DNA from: Octopus vulgaris
Taxonomy: Eukaryota
Direction: 5' to 3'
NCBI GenBank assembly: GCA_951406725.2
Contig: OX597820.1
Coordinates: 80,910,001 to 80,974,000 of the forward strand
DNA: 64,000 nt
Shown piece after piece: positions 28,907 to 42,046 of this stretch. The notes under the pieces were generated by a model. It ran no database searches and was not told the DNA's origin. It saw only the letters and a list, made by a program, of their open reading frames with translations. Each line of letters opens with the position of its first letter. The stretch's first letter is position 1. The position numbers and the translations under genes are program-made.

Positions 28907-31900
28907 ATATAACAAAATAATAAATAAAACATATGCATATATACATACACATATGTACATACCTACATCTATATGTATATATACATGCATATATGGGTAT
29001 AGGACACCAAAAAAAAACGTAGAACACAATGAGAAACGAAAGCATAAAAACAAAACCATGGAAACAGACTTTTTTCAAACAACGAAAAAACAGTGTACGA
29101 GACATACAACATAAGGAATATTCCCCTTCTTCAGTTGCCCCTGTTTCGACTACTCCGTCCAAAGAAGGAATAGTGTCTAAAAAATCCCCCATTCAGTGAA
29201 ACTATGTAGCTTTACAACAAATATTTAAAGTACACACTTTCACATACAACTGCAATCTTTTTTTATTTTATTTAATCATTTTTTTACCATAAAGAATATA
29301 AAACTGTCTCTCTTTTCAACTTTTTTCCACTCCTCACTGCAAATTCACTGTACTCTTCTTATCAATTTTAGCACAATACACACCCACATGCTTGTGCGCG
29401 CGCACATACACACACTCACTTAAACGTTAATAACGAAGTAGTAGAATGAGTACTCAACACCAAAAAGACGGATGAAGCTATTGTTCATATAATATTAGTT
29501 ACTTCTCCAATACCTGAAGCTTCCTACTGATAGTGATCAGCATTTTTAACTGATAATCTGACATTAAATTTGAAGAGTGTTCATAAAATTACAGAATAAT
29601 TTTATCTTACGCATCTAGTAATCCCATATACTAGCATTATTTGCTGTATAATTCTGTAATCTGAGTAAATGAACGGAAAACAAAAATTAATCTTCTTATC
29701 AAATAACACGTTTACTTATTAATATTTACAGAAATAAATTTAAATTAGTTACGTCTATTTGAATGCTTGAAATTCATATTTTGTTTGAAATTCTAATATC
29801 TGCGCTTTCTTTTATATGTATTTTCTTTCTATTTAAAAAAAATCTATGACTGTTGGGTTTATCATCAACTAGATATTACTTCAGCAGAAAAAATCAAAGA
29901 TCAACTAAGGACAGCTATCAACCAGAAAAACAAATCACAATTAGACAATGCAATTTGTGAAGCTGAAGAAGCTGGTTATCCAGAAATCTCCGGTATTCTT
30001 TGCAAAGCGAGGGATACTATGGAAAGTTTGGGTTATGGTCGTGGAGGTTAGTTTATTATAATTCACTTAGAAAATGCACTGAATAATTTGTGCAAAGCTT
30101 TTGTATGTCTGAGTAAAAAGAGAAATAAGTATTGGTGTTGTGGTTTCTGTTACTTTCAAATAATATATTGCAATGAAACAATATATGAGTATTGATACTT
30201 CAATGAAGATGCTGACGGTTAATTATATTTACTGGAGGTTAATGGAGAAAAAGACATGTTAATGGAATGCATCTGGGAGCATGACTATTCGATATGTTTA
30301 CATTTGCATCCCATTGCATGTAATGAGAGAATGAGATTGTTTTGATTGTAACTATATGGAGAATATAAGTACTGTCCACTAAAGAATAAATAGCAGAAGG
30401 AGAATTATGTATGTATAGAAAACTTGGCTGTTTATAAATATATGTTTTCCTGTGTGCTAGAATGTGAGTTAATGTCTGTGCAGAGTATAACATTCAAGAA
30501 GCATATGCAGTTCTCTTGTATGTTACAAAGTTGCCCAATATAAATAATTAGATTTTTGAGTGGGTATATTCTGAAAAGACAAGATTACAGATTACTTAGT
30601 TGTGGTAACTACTTCAAGTGTTGTAGATTGTTAATCTTTATATGTGCATTTCCTATATGCAGAGACTATATATATATATATATATAGTATCCAAAATTTT
30701 GAATGTATATGTGTGTGCGCGCGCGCGTGTGAGTGAGTGTTCATACATTTATAATGCAATTTATTTAGGAACCAATGAATGAAACTAAGTTATTAACTCT
30801 CTGTTCCAAAATGATTTAAGGTTCTTCTTTGATGATAGTTTGTTAACTTTTCAGTAGACGAAGGAAGTATATAGGTGTATTTAGGAAGTATATATATGTC
30901 CTGTAAGCGAGCATTCGTTTATGTGTAACTGGTTTTATACGACATCGTGTAGATTTTTAATATAAAGCTAGGCATGTTCGAAAGGTTCTCACTCAATAGA
31001 GCTGCGGATGAAAAGAGATATGTCAATAAATGCTGAAACAGTACGAAGAATTTGCAATCCGTGTGATTGTAAATGTTTGCAAGTTAGGTGATTAACTTCT
31101 GGAGAAAATCATTATATAAATGGCAGTGCAATACTCATTAAATCTATTTTTTCCTTGATAGCTTTTGCTAAAGGTTTATCAAAATTTTAAATCACTGATA
31201 GTTATTTTCCTTCACCAGGAGTAAAGACCCCCGATTCCCTGCGCATTAAACTTGACCAAGCAAAAAGACAAAACGATAAATCGACATTAGAAAGTGCGAT
31301 TGAAGAAAGCATTGGATCCGGACATCCTGAATTGATGTCTGATATCCAGTTAGCTCGCTATGCTCTTGATTTTATGGAAGAGGACTGCGCATCAGGTTGG
31401 TTTTAGTTAGCTTCTGCGAAAAGGCCCATAAATATTGAATTAGGCTTCAATATTTTCTTAGCTTTTGTGACAGCTTTAAATAGTTGTTTTTTTTTTAATT
31501 GCAGTTTAAATAAAATCTGTCTGCATGTTATTTTGTACAACCTTGCGTTTTTAATAGCATTAAACTTTCATTATACTCAGTATAATGAAAATTACAATAA
31601 GATATTTTAATATGTTTTTCTTCTCTATATTTGAGCAATAGCTTTTAGCTATTTATCTAATGCCAAATATAGAACAGATATCAGGAATTAGATTTTAAAA
31701 ATGTTCCCAAATATTTTGTACAGCAAATTATTGTTAATTCTATAAAGCTGCTTTTGGAATCATATCACGTATTGCCTCAAATGGAATTACTTTTGCTCAC
31801 ATTAAATTTGCTTTGCCAATATTACAGTCGCTTTGCCATCTATTTCTGCTCATACTCTTAATATCTTTCTACAACTCTTTGACAGGTTTAGTTGTTCCAC

Positions 31901-33024
31901 ATTGTTCACTAATGTATGATATATAGAATATAAGAGATCAACAATCACAAAAGTTTACACACACATACACACATACTATATATTATTTATATGTACATAT
32001 ACACAAATGTGTGTGTACATGTATTGTGATTGTCAAATGAATTTCGAGTATCTTTGTATTCTCATTGCAGGGCAGATGCCTGTCACAGTCTTAATAACTT
32101 TTTTTTTACATGGACCTTCAGTTGACTGTCTAACCCTGAGTTTGATCTTACATATTTTTTGACAAATACATCGCATTTTGTTTTATTTTTGTCAACAATT
32201 ACATTGACAGTGGCTCTGGCCTTGTGCATTAAGACAAAAGGAATTTTCAACAAGTTAGATTATCACACCATTGAACATGAAGAACAGCAGTGATACGGCA
32301 GAGCTGTTGGTGATATGTACATCCCTTGTTGATCTCATGTTATGTTAAAGTGAGATTATTTCAGGATCCTATACCATATAGAATTTTAACAGTTTCAAGT
32401 TTACAGAAATAACGTTCCACTTTTTGATGGCAATTTCGATTATTTTTTTCTGACATATTTCAAAGTTTGTTCTGTCTTTTTACATTTTGACTTCATGTGC
32501 TATTGGGGTGAACGTTTTCTTTAATTGTTCTTAGTTTGTTAAATTAATTATCGGTCATGTTCTGAGGTCCGCTATAAATGATGACTTGTGACAAGACGAG
32601 AATGCATTACTTACTAACTTTATGAAATTTCAATTTCCAGTTTTACAGCATTTTGGATATTAATTACATCAATTTAATGACTGAAGTTATTAGATAAATT
32701 TTTATTGTCTTTGCAATATATTCAGTGCGTAAATAACAGTAAATGAAACTTTTATTCATTTCACAAATACGTTAAAATAAGAAAGAAATGTAGTTTTTCC
32801 CACCCACAGAAAAACGATACTATTGATGTATGAACTTTCTTTAAGAAAAAAGCGTTCTTTGCATGAATACTTTATCCTAAAGAGCGATTGGAATTTTGAT
32901 AACGCAGGCGAAGTGCAAAAACAGTTTAGGAGGAATTTCAAACAGATATGAATGTATGCGTGTGTATCGGTCTATATATATTTGATGAGGCCTAAATTAA
33001 TTCATTAATTAATTAGAAAGGCTG

Positions 33025-33114
<90 letters not shown>

Positions 33115-34159
33115 GAATAAAGTTTAGACCCAGAAGCAATGTATCTGAAAGTTTTTGAAAACTGACTACTGCCAACTATTACTTACCTTTTATCTTCCAT
33201 GTAAGCACTTATCTTCTATGAATCAGTCCTAGTTTAATTTGATTATGAACTTATTTATTTTCCCTATATTTCTAGAGTAATTACAAAACATTTATGCTAT
33301 TCAATTACAATTAACTGTGCAAATGGAAACATTCCCTAAAATTTTGTAGTTCAACACGTCCATGATTTACTCAGAAGCATGTTTAACTGCAGATGAATAC
33401 CATAAAAGCTATAGAGGCAGTAAGATTTTAAATGGATGTGCAAGTCAAAGAAAGTACATGTTATATTTACACAACCCTCTCTTTATAATATGCGCGTCAT
33501 ATGCGTAGTAGGTAGGGAACCTGGTGAGTCGAGTCCAATCATTAACACTAGATTGAAAGCTGAATTTCAATTAGATCTAAAAGTACAAAACATATTACCT
33601 ATTCCATATGGCTACACTTACAAATTCCAGTGTAATAATATAACTTTAACATATAGTAAAATAATTTTGAAATAATATAAAATAATGCATAATAACGATG
33701 TGACATATAAAATGAGATTATATATTGCTAAAAAATGTGATTATCAGGTATAAAACCCTTTAAATCCCTGCGCGCGAGACTTGAGCCTGCTCAAAGAGGA
33801 AGTAGTCCAGAAGTTACTGAGAGAACAATCAAGGAATGTATAAGTGCTGAACATCCGAAGTTGTTACCTGAGATTCAACAGGCTAGAGATTATCTTGCTG
33901 CTCCAAAAGGTAACTGTAGAGGTGGGTCATGCGATTCGAAGACAAAATTGCTTCAGCTTAACTGCTCTACACAAAATCACTTGCCCTCTGCAACTTTCAG
34001 CAGTAGTCTTCCATGTGTTTTATATTACTTAATGAAATATATGCTTTCTATACATTTGTGCTTTTAAAAGCACTTCTTTGCTATTACTATCATTTTCACT
34101 TTCACTCTCTCTCTCCTATACGCAAACATATTCTATCTCATAATGATATATATTATATG

Positions 34160-34228
<69 letters not shown>

Positions 34229-36235
34229 GGAGTAAGCACATAAATGTGAGACAAGGTGGAAAAAAGAATACTCAAATACCAGAGGTAGAGTAATAAGCTT
34301 TATTTAACGGGAACGTGAAACTCCGAGTAACAGCTTTTGTTATATTTCTGCTGCTTTTAAATAAAGTATATATATATAAAGAAAAGAAAAATTATAAGCG
34401 TAGACGATCTTTTAATACAAAGTTGGTACAAATCCAATAAAGATTCTGCAAGTTGTTTCCAAGCCTAATTAATTCCAAAACAAAACGAAAAAAAAAATCC
34501 TTTTGAAATTAGAATTAGGCTTTTCTTCAGGAACTCATTATCGGAATTAATGGGTTCAATCAACAAAAATATAAAGACTTTTAATAGCCCAGAAAGGAAC
34601 AAACAATTAAATTATGATAGAAGGAAATTACGCGGACGCCAGACCAATCAAAACCAGAAAAAAAAAACAGAAAAAAAAATATATATGTAAAAATCCACTT
34701 CAGTGTTGATTAAAATAGCAATTCACAATATATAAATATTTGATAAAATTTGCTATTACCGCCTAAACTACACATAAAGTTAATGAAACAAATAATCTAT
34801 TAAATACTAAGAATTATAGAGTTAGCTAATTAAAATATTAAAAAATTAAAAACCAATATATTATTCACTAAAGCGTAATTAATACCATAATTCAAAGTTA
34901 ATAAAATGATGATTCCAAACGAAAACAAAAAGAAATTAATTTATTTACAAATGGCCTACTTCGAGTAAAACAGAGTAGTTTTCCTTCGATATAAATTCGT
35001 ATCAATTTTAGTGGATAATATATTGGTTTTTAATTTTTTTAATCTTTTAATTAGCTAACTCTATAATTCTTAGTTGTTAATAGATTATTTGTTTCATTAA
35101 CTTTATGTGTAGTTTAGACGGTAATGGCAAATGCCGTTATCAAATATTGTGAATTGTTATTTTAATCAATGTTGAAGTGGATTTTTACATATAGATTTTT
35201 TTCTGGTTTTTTTTTTTCTGGTTTTGATTGGTCTAGCGTTCACGTAATTTCCTTCTATCGTAATTTAATTGTTTGTTCCTTTCTGGGCTATTAAAGGTCT
35301 TTATATTTTTGTTGATTGAAGGCATTCCTGAAGAAATGCCTAATTTTGATTTCAAATGAATTATTTTTCCATTTTGTTTTGGAATTAATTAGGCTTGGAA
35401 ACAACTTTAAAAATCTTTTAGTTGAAACCAGTTTAATATAGGACCTAATTTTCCAAGAATACAGATAACAGAAATTTCTCTGAAAAATGTGTGTTGAATT
35501 ATTTGCTTTAGATTAAATTTCAAAGTTTGCTTCGAATGTTTGCCTTAAATTGTTTTGCTACAGTGAAAATCAATCGTAAATAATATCTACATATTCACCC
35601 CGCCCAAAAAGAAAGACATTTGCTGTTGATTTTTCCTTTAATTTTCATCTTAAATATTATAGAACACTCATCAAGTTTAGATTTCTTTGCCGTTGGTAAG
35701 GATTTGAAGACCTTACATCATCCAACGCAGCCAGGATCAGTAAAGAAACCCAGTCTACTGAAATTTGTACGACAAGGTGACACCTCAGAATATCCAGAAA
35801 TAGCTCATGGCATGCTTCCCACTGGAACTCCTTTACAGCAGTTAAGCAGACCCTGTGGAGGTTAGCAATTTGATAACAATTTCGGGGTTTATTTTAGCTC
35901 CAAAAACGTTTGTGGAACTACTAGACATACAAAGATGACAGAAGTAATCCTATATTATATAAACTTTGCAGTTTATATAATATAAACTTTTAATATATAT
36001 TATATAATATATATATTAATGCTATATAATATAAACTTTATATTTAATATAAACTTTGCATAAAATTAAATCATACAATAAGTACTAGAAAATTCTTCAA
36101 CTGAACCCTACTAAATAGCTCATTAAATTTTTTTGAGTTTAATCGAAAAAAATATAGATTTTTTCTATTTTTATGATTAAATATCCTGATTTTATGCTAT
36201 ATTATTTCAGTCATATCTGATACATGCGTGAGTGT

Positions 36236-36270
<35 letters not shown>

Positions 36271-38136
36271 GTGCGTGCGTATGTGCGTATGTGTGTGCAC
36301 GTACGTACACACGTATGTATGTATGTATGTATGTATGTATGTATGTATGTATGTATGTTTAGAGGTAGCAGTCCGTCTCGCGAGACCATGAATTTCCGTC
36401 AGGAAAGCTGGAAAGTTTTGCTTCGATCTTAGAAAAGGAGCGTCTGTTGTAAATGCAAAGATCCACATGTGAGTGATAGTCACATCGGCAGTTGGTTAAG
36501 CAACTAACTAATCGATCGTTCGTTAAAGGCGTTAGTCAAACAATCAATTGGTTGTTTAACCAACGCATTAAACAAACCTTCGATTAGTTAGCTGGTTAGA
36601 TATTTTACAGATTGATTAACATAAAGAAGTGATATAGAACCTGTGGGTGTGATATAGAACCAGTGGGTGTGATATTATTACTGGCGTAATGACCCTCTCA
36701 AGACACATAAGGTATTTTTAATTTTTTTATTTCCCATCCAAAATCGATGAAAATAATGAATGCTGTTACTTCACCACAAGTTCTATCATCCATTGTTTTA
36801 GAGGTTTTCTTGAACATATTGTACTTCATTAATAGTTGTCAGATCAGAATGATTGGTATCCTTTTATTATTTTTTTCTTAAGAAAAACGATACCAAATAT
36901 CTTTAGGAATCAACTGAAGAAAAGCATAAAAACAAAGAGGTAAAAAATTGGAGACAGTGCTACAATTTACGCGGTTAGTTTGATATCTTTAACAAGTTCA
37001 GATTATAAACTTATAGTTTTATGCTGAACTATTTCTTTTCTTGTATATATTGGACTTTCCACCTTGCTTTATCAAAAATAAGCACATGTGAAGCAAACAT
37101 ACAAAGAAATGCGCGTTAATACACATATTTGCATACTTAATACATATGCGTGCACACATGCATAATTTTAAATGTAAGATATCCCGTTTTAATAAGCATT
37201 AACGTTTAACATTGCAATGAAAAGTAAGTAAAGCGACTGCACCAAAGGTTTTGATCTTTCGTTGACAGATAAAGGGATGTCTCGAAATAGTTTCTGGTGT
37301 CGTTAAGCCTTCATCAGAGAAAGAAAACTTATATGTTGTCATCAGAGAAATGATTAGTTTATTGCTATTTGATGTATATTCAAAATTGGTCTAAGCTTAA
37401 CAAGTCAGCATATGCACTATCAACAACGATTGACTAATAATATTGGTATGAAAAAGTACGCCTTACATTTCAGCTATCCCCCAAACACTAAGTAGTGATC
37501 TATATGCTTATTTATCTCTGTGTATGTGCGTGCGTGTGTATGTGTGTATGTACAGGCAACCAGTCTGTCATTGTATCAACTCAAATGCGTTGGACAGGAA
37601 ATGTTGTGCGTATGTAAGATAATAGGATTCTAAAGCAACTGTTCTACGGTGAAATGTGTACTGGAAAGCATCCTCGGTACAGAGTCTGCATAAAAGGCAA
37701 TTTGAAAATACTGATATCAGCGTAAAGTACTAGGAAGAACTAGCTTTGGAAAGAGTTGAGCAGAAGAATCGTATAAGGGAATAATGACCTTCGATAATCT
37801 GGACGATGCAGGTAATACAAGGGATATATATATATATATATAAGTATCAATCTTAAAATAATTATTGAGGTTGGTTTAATCGATTAAAACTTTGATGTTG
37901 TGCACTAGAACTGTCACGTTCCTAGGACTCAAATATGTAGTTGGATTACAGCCATTCTGGAGTACTACATTCGAACGGGTACTCAATAATTCCGACCCCA
38001 ATACTTATTTCAGACTGGTATTGATTTTATTCAGTACTACTTGTCAAAATGAAAGGTCACAGCATATATAATTTTCTATATCGATATAAATATAGACTCG
38101 GACTCATATACACATAAACACACAAACATACACGTA

Positions 38137-38180
<44 letters not shown>

Positions 38181-38384
38181 ACCCGTGGCAATAGAATACA
38201 CTTGTTATGCAGTGGGATCGAACATGAACCACGAGGTGGTGAAGTGAACGGCTTCCCCCACGAAAACACGCTTCTGTCTATTCTATGTATATATTAAAAA
38301 TCTTGTTTTGAGTATTAGTATTTTAGCGACAACAGCGCCTTCTTCTTTCGGCAACCAAGTCCAAAAATTTACCACACATATACG

Positions 38385-38428
<44 letters not shown>

Positions 38429-41400
38429 CATTCAAAATAACAAAGAACATCCCAGCCTCTCTCAAAACATCCTCTTCTCAAAACTCAAGAAAGCAAATTT
38501 AACTCCAGATTTTTTGGCAACTAACTCACATATACAGGATGTCTCAGAAAGATTTACCCATGTTTAAAACTCTTCCTAAAGACTATCACTTTGGGTAATA
38601 TTATCTACATTTCACATAAAGATCTTGCATATGTCTTTTGTTCATGTGTCTATTGTTTCGTTCGTCTATAACAGGTTTGTAAACAAACGTGGCATCGAAA
38701 GCAAAACGTGACCAGATGGCCACTTTGAAAATAGTTGGCGTGAGCAACGAGGACGACAAAATAGTTGAATGTGTGCCATAAAATAGTGCTCAATATCTGG
38801 AAACAATTTATGGAGTCTGCTACAACCTCTAACAAGCCAATTCCTGGTAGGAAACGATCGATTCATACCAAACAAATTGCTGAAGCTGTGAAGAAGCGAA
38901 TGAACCGAAATCCTTCCAAGAGTGCGAGAAAAACTGCAAAAGCTCTTGATATTTCAAAACCGTTGATGCACGGGATTTTTAAAGAGGATTTAAAGCTAAC
39001 TGCACACAACAAACAATCTCGGCAGTTAATTTCTGCAGCTTCCAAGAAGAAAGGGCTCGACAGGGGTAAAACCATGTTAGATGAGATGAGGCGCACCGTT
39101 AACAAAGTGTTGATCTAGTCCGACGAGAAGATCTTCACCGTGGTGGCAGTTGCCAACAAGGATAATGACAAGCTTTATGAACGTAATGAAGAAGATTTGC
39201 CCGAAGGCAGCAGGAGTCATTAAACGTTGTCAGAAAACAATTTTACTCATGGTGTGGGCCGCAGTTGCATTTGATGGGTCCAGGTCTTGCGTGATCTTCA
39301 GCGATGCTGGTGTCAAGGACAACAGTAAAGTTTATGCAGAAATGTTGGATGAGAAAGTGTTACCCTAGGTCACAGAAACCTTTGGTGGCCGTTACATCGT
39401 CATTCAAGATAGGACTCTCGCCCACACATCCAGTTTGACATAGAGGTGGTGCAAAGAACATTTCAGCGGTTTGGGGGACAAGACGATATGGCCTCCCTCA
39501 AGTTCAGACATCAATCGCGTGGACTTTGCTATCTGGTCCATCTTAGAGAGAAATGTTTCAGCTCGCTCCTCTTCAAATGTGTTAGATCTGAAGAAAGCCC
39601 TTGTCTTCATGGGTATATATATAATATGAGGGAATATCATTCCAAACTTACAGGGAAAAATTCAATTTAGAAATACTAAATCAAATTTCACAAAATAAAA
39701 TATTTATATAAATTTTTAAAATACCACATTTTATCAATATATATGTATGTATGTTTATGAAAAAATTGCATTTATGTATTATCTATGTATAATAATTCCA
39801 TACATGTATGTATAAGTGTGTGTATATGTGTGTGATTGTGTGTGTGTGTGCACGCTCTAATGCCTAACACTGAGACTTATCCTGATTTAATAGATTCACT
39901 AATAACAACAATCATGATTCTTAGTCTATTTGAGTTAATATAGCAAAGTTGTGTATCTTTTCACTATTAAATTCATTCTTAATACATTTATTACAGGGAC
40001 CAGCTCACATATAATGAACAGTATTTCCTTACATAATTTTACCGTCTGGTTTTTGTGCGTTCAAAATGTTTTACAATTTTGCTTTTTGATACGTTTTCTT
40101 TTATCATTCATGGTTAAATATAAGCGTAATTATTATACTTTTAAATCCTCGAAGGATGATTTTTTTTTTTTTTTTACTGCGATATACATATATGTCTGCG
40201 CGCGCTCGTGAATGTGAATAAGTGTTACATTCGAGTATGTATTATATTTGTATATCATGACATACACAATTAACAATTCAAATTGTTTACTTTCAGGTAT
40301 TAAAACAAATTTATGTGTGTGTACTGTTTATTTTTCTATTTTTATAGATATAGAACATTCTTTTGCGTTGGGTTGTTTTTTTACATATTCAGGTGAAATC
40401 TGTTACTGCAATAATTTCTGAAATAATATTCATTTGAAAATATATTGAATTATAATTGTGTTTCTGTGCCTTGTCAAAAGAAAACAATATGCATAATATC
40501 ATAGTACACTGCATATGCTATACACATAACCATATTTTGTCAATAAAAGGTATAAAGACTCCTGAATCACTCCGCGAAGAATTGAAACATGCTATGAAAG
40601 AAGCAGATGAACCAGCATTGGCACGGGCTATCAAAGACGCTACAGCTGCTGGTTTTCCAGAACTGGCATCTGATGTACAAAAAGCTCGTGATAAATTGGA
40701 CCAAATGAGAGGCGGACGTGGAGGTAAGATTCTCAGAAATATTACTGAGGTAAAAACACTTGAACATCCTACTATGCTAGCACCTATGCATTCCTCCGTT
40801 TTGCTAGATTTCTTCTCACTCTTAATTTTGCGATGTAGAAACAGTCCTTGGAAAGACTCTGGGCACAAGAATGGCTACCACATACATCACATATTTGTTG
40901 ACTTCATTGAGGGAAATCATTTCCCAGTTCATTGGGTCCAGCCCAGAATTATTCGGTTATTACACTAACTGTCACCTTCTCTTTCCCCTTCACTTTCCCC
41001 CTCTCTTTCTCTCTCTCTCTCTCTCTTTGTGAAGAACAATACTGTTTCTTCTTTGTCAGCACGTTTTATCTCTCGTCATTTCACTTCTCTTACACCTCTG
41101 AGATCACTGTCTTATTGACCATTCCATTCTCACACTCTCTGCTTCAAACCTACTTCGACTTTCCCTTCATCCACAAACCATGTATTCCTCTGTCTTCGCT
41201 GGTTGTGTAACTGCTATCATTATTCAGCTGCAATACATGTCAGGTCTATTTATTCGACGTGCTTATCCACTCACATTTAGTCAAGCATCCTCTTCCCGTA
41301 CTTGTGCCATCGACTACACTTCAGCTCTTACACACCACGTCCGGAACCCAGCTCACTGCATCCAGGTGCGCTCTCCTCTGCCTAATATTATACTTTCCGT

Positions 41401-41787
41401 TTTCCCTCCTCTCACCCATTTTTTTCTTTTAAGCAACCCACGTAGCCTCCTCAACCACAGCTTGATACGGGAAAGAAACATCCCATATATATTCCCTGTT
41501 CCCGTCTTCGCTGTTATACCCGTTCTTTCCTTACAAACATCGCCAGCCACACTGGACCTTCCGCGTTAAAACTCTTCCCGGTACACTCCCAGTGACCTCA
41601 TATATGTGCTCAAATTATTACTTTGCAAAAAAATGAGGGCTGTGATATTAAAATCTCTCATTTGCGAGGAATCCGTGCGATGAAATAGGTTGAGACATAC
41701 TAATGCCTGTATTCTAGCGTGACCATAACAAATACCAGGAATTGGTAAAAATAAAAAGAATAAAAGAATATGTATGAATATGTACAC

Positions 41788-41857
<70 letters not shown>

Positions 41858-41994
41858 GAAAAACGATTAGCGATCTATACAAATCAAATTTTTATATATA
41901 AAAGATGGAGGTGGAAATAGCACAGAAATAAGTCTAAGATATTTCAGTTTAAGAGGGAATTTAATAAACGTGATATTGAAAGGACATTTAACAC

Positions 41995-42046
<52 letters not shown>

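Noticed and set aside
32830-32945. Short peptide [23 protein letters not shown] resembling a Tc1/mariner transposase N-terminus
   Set aside because: About 35 codons with no TIR or catalytic region, insufficient support
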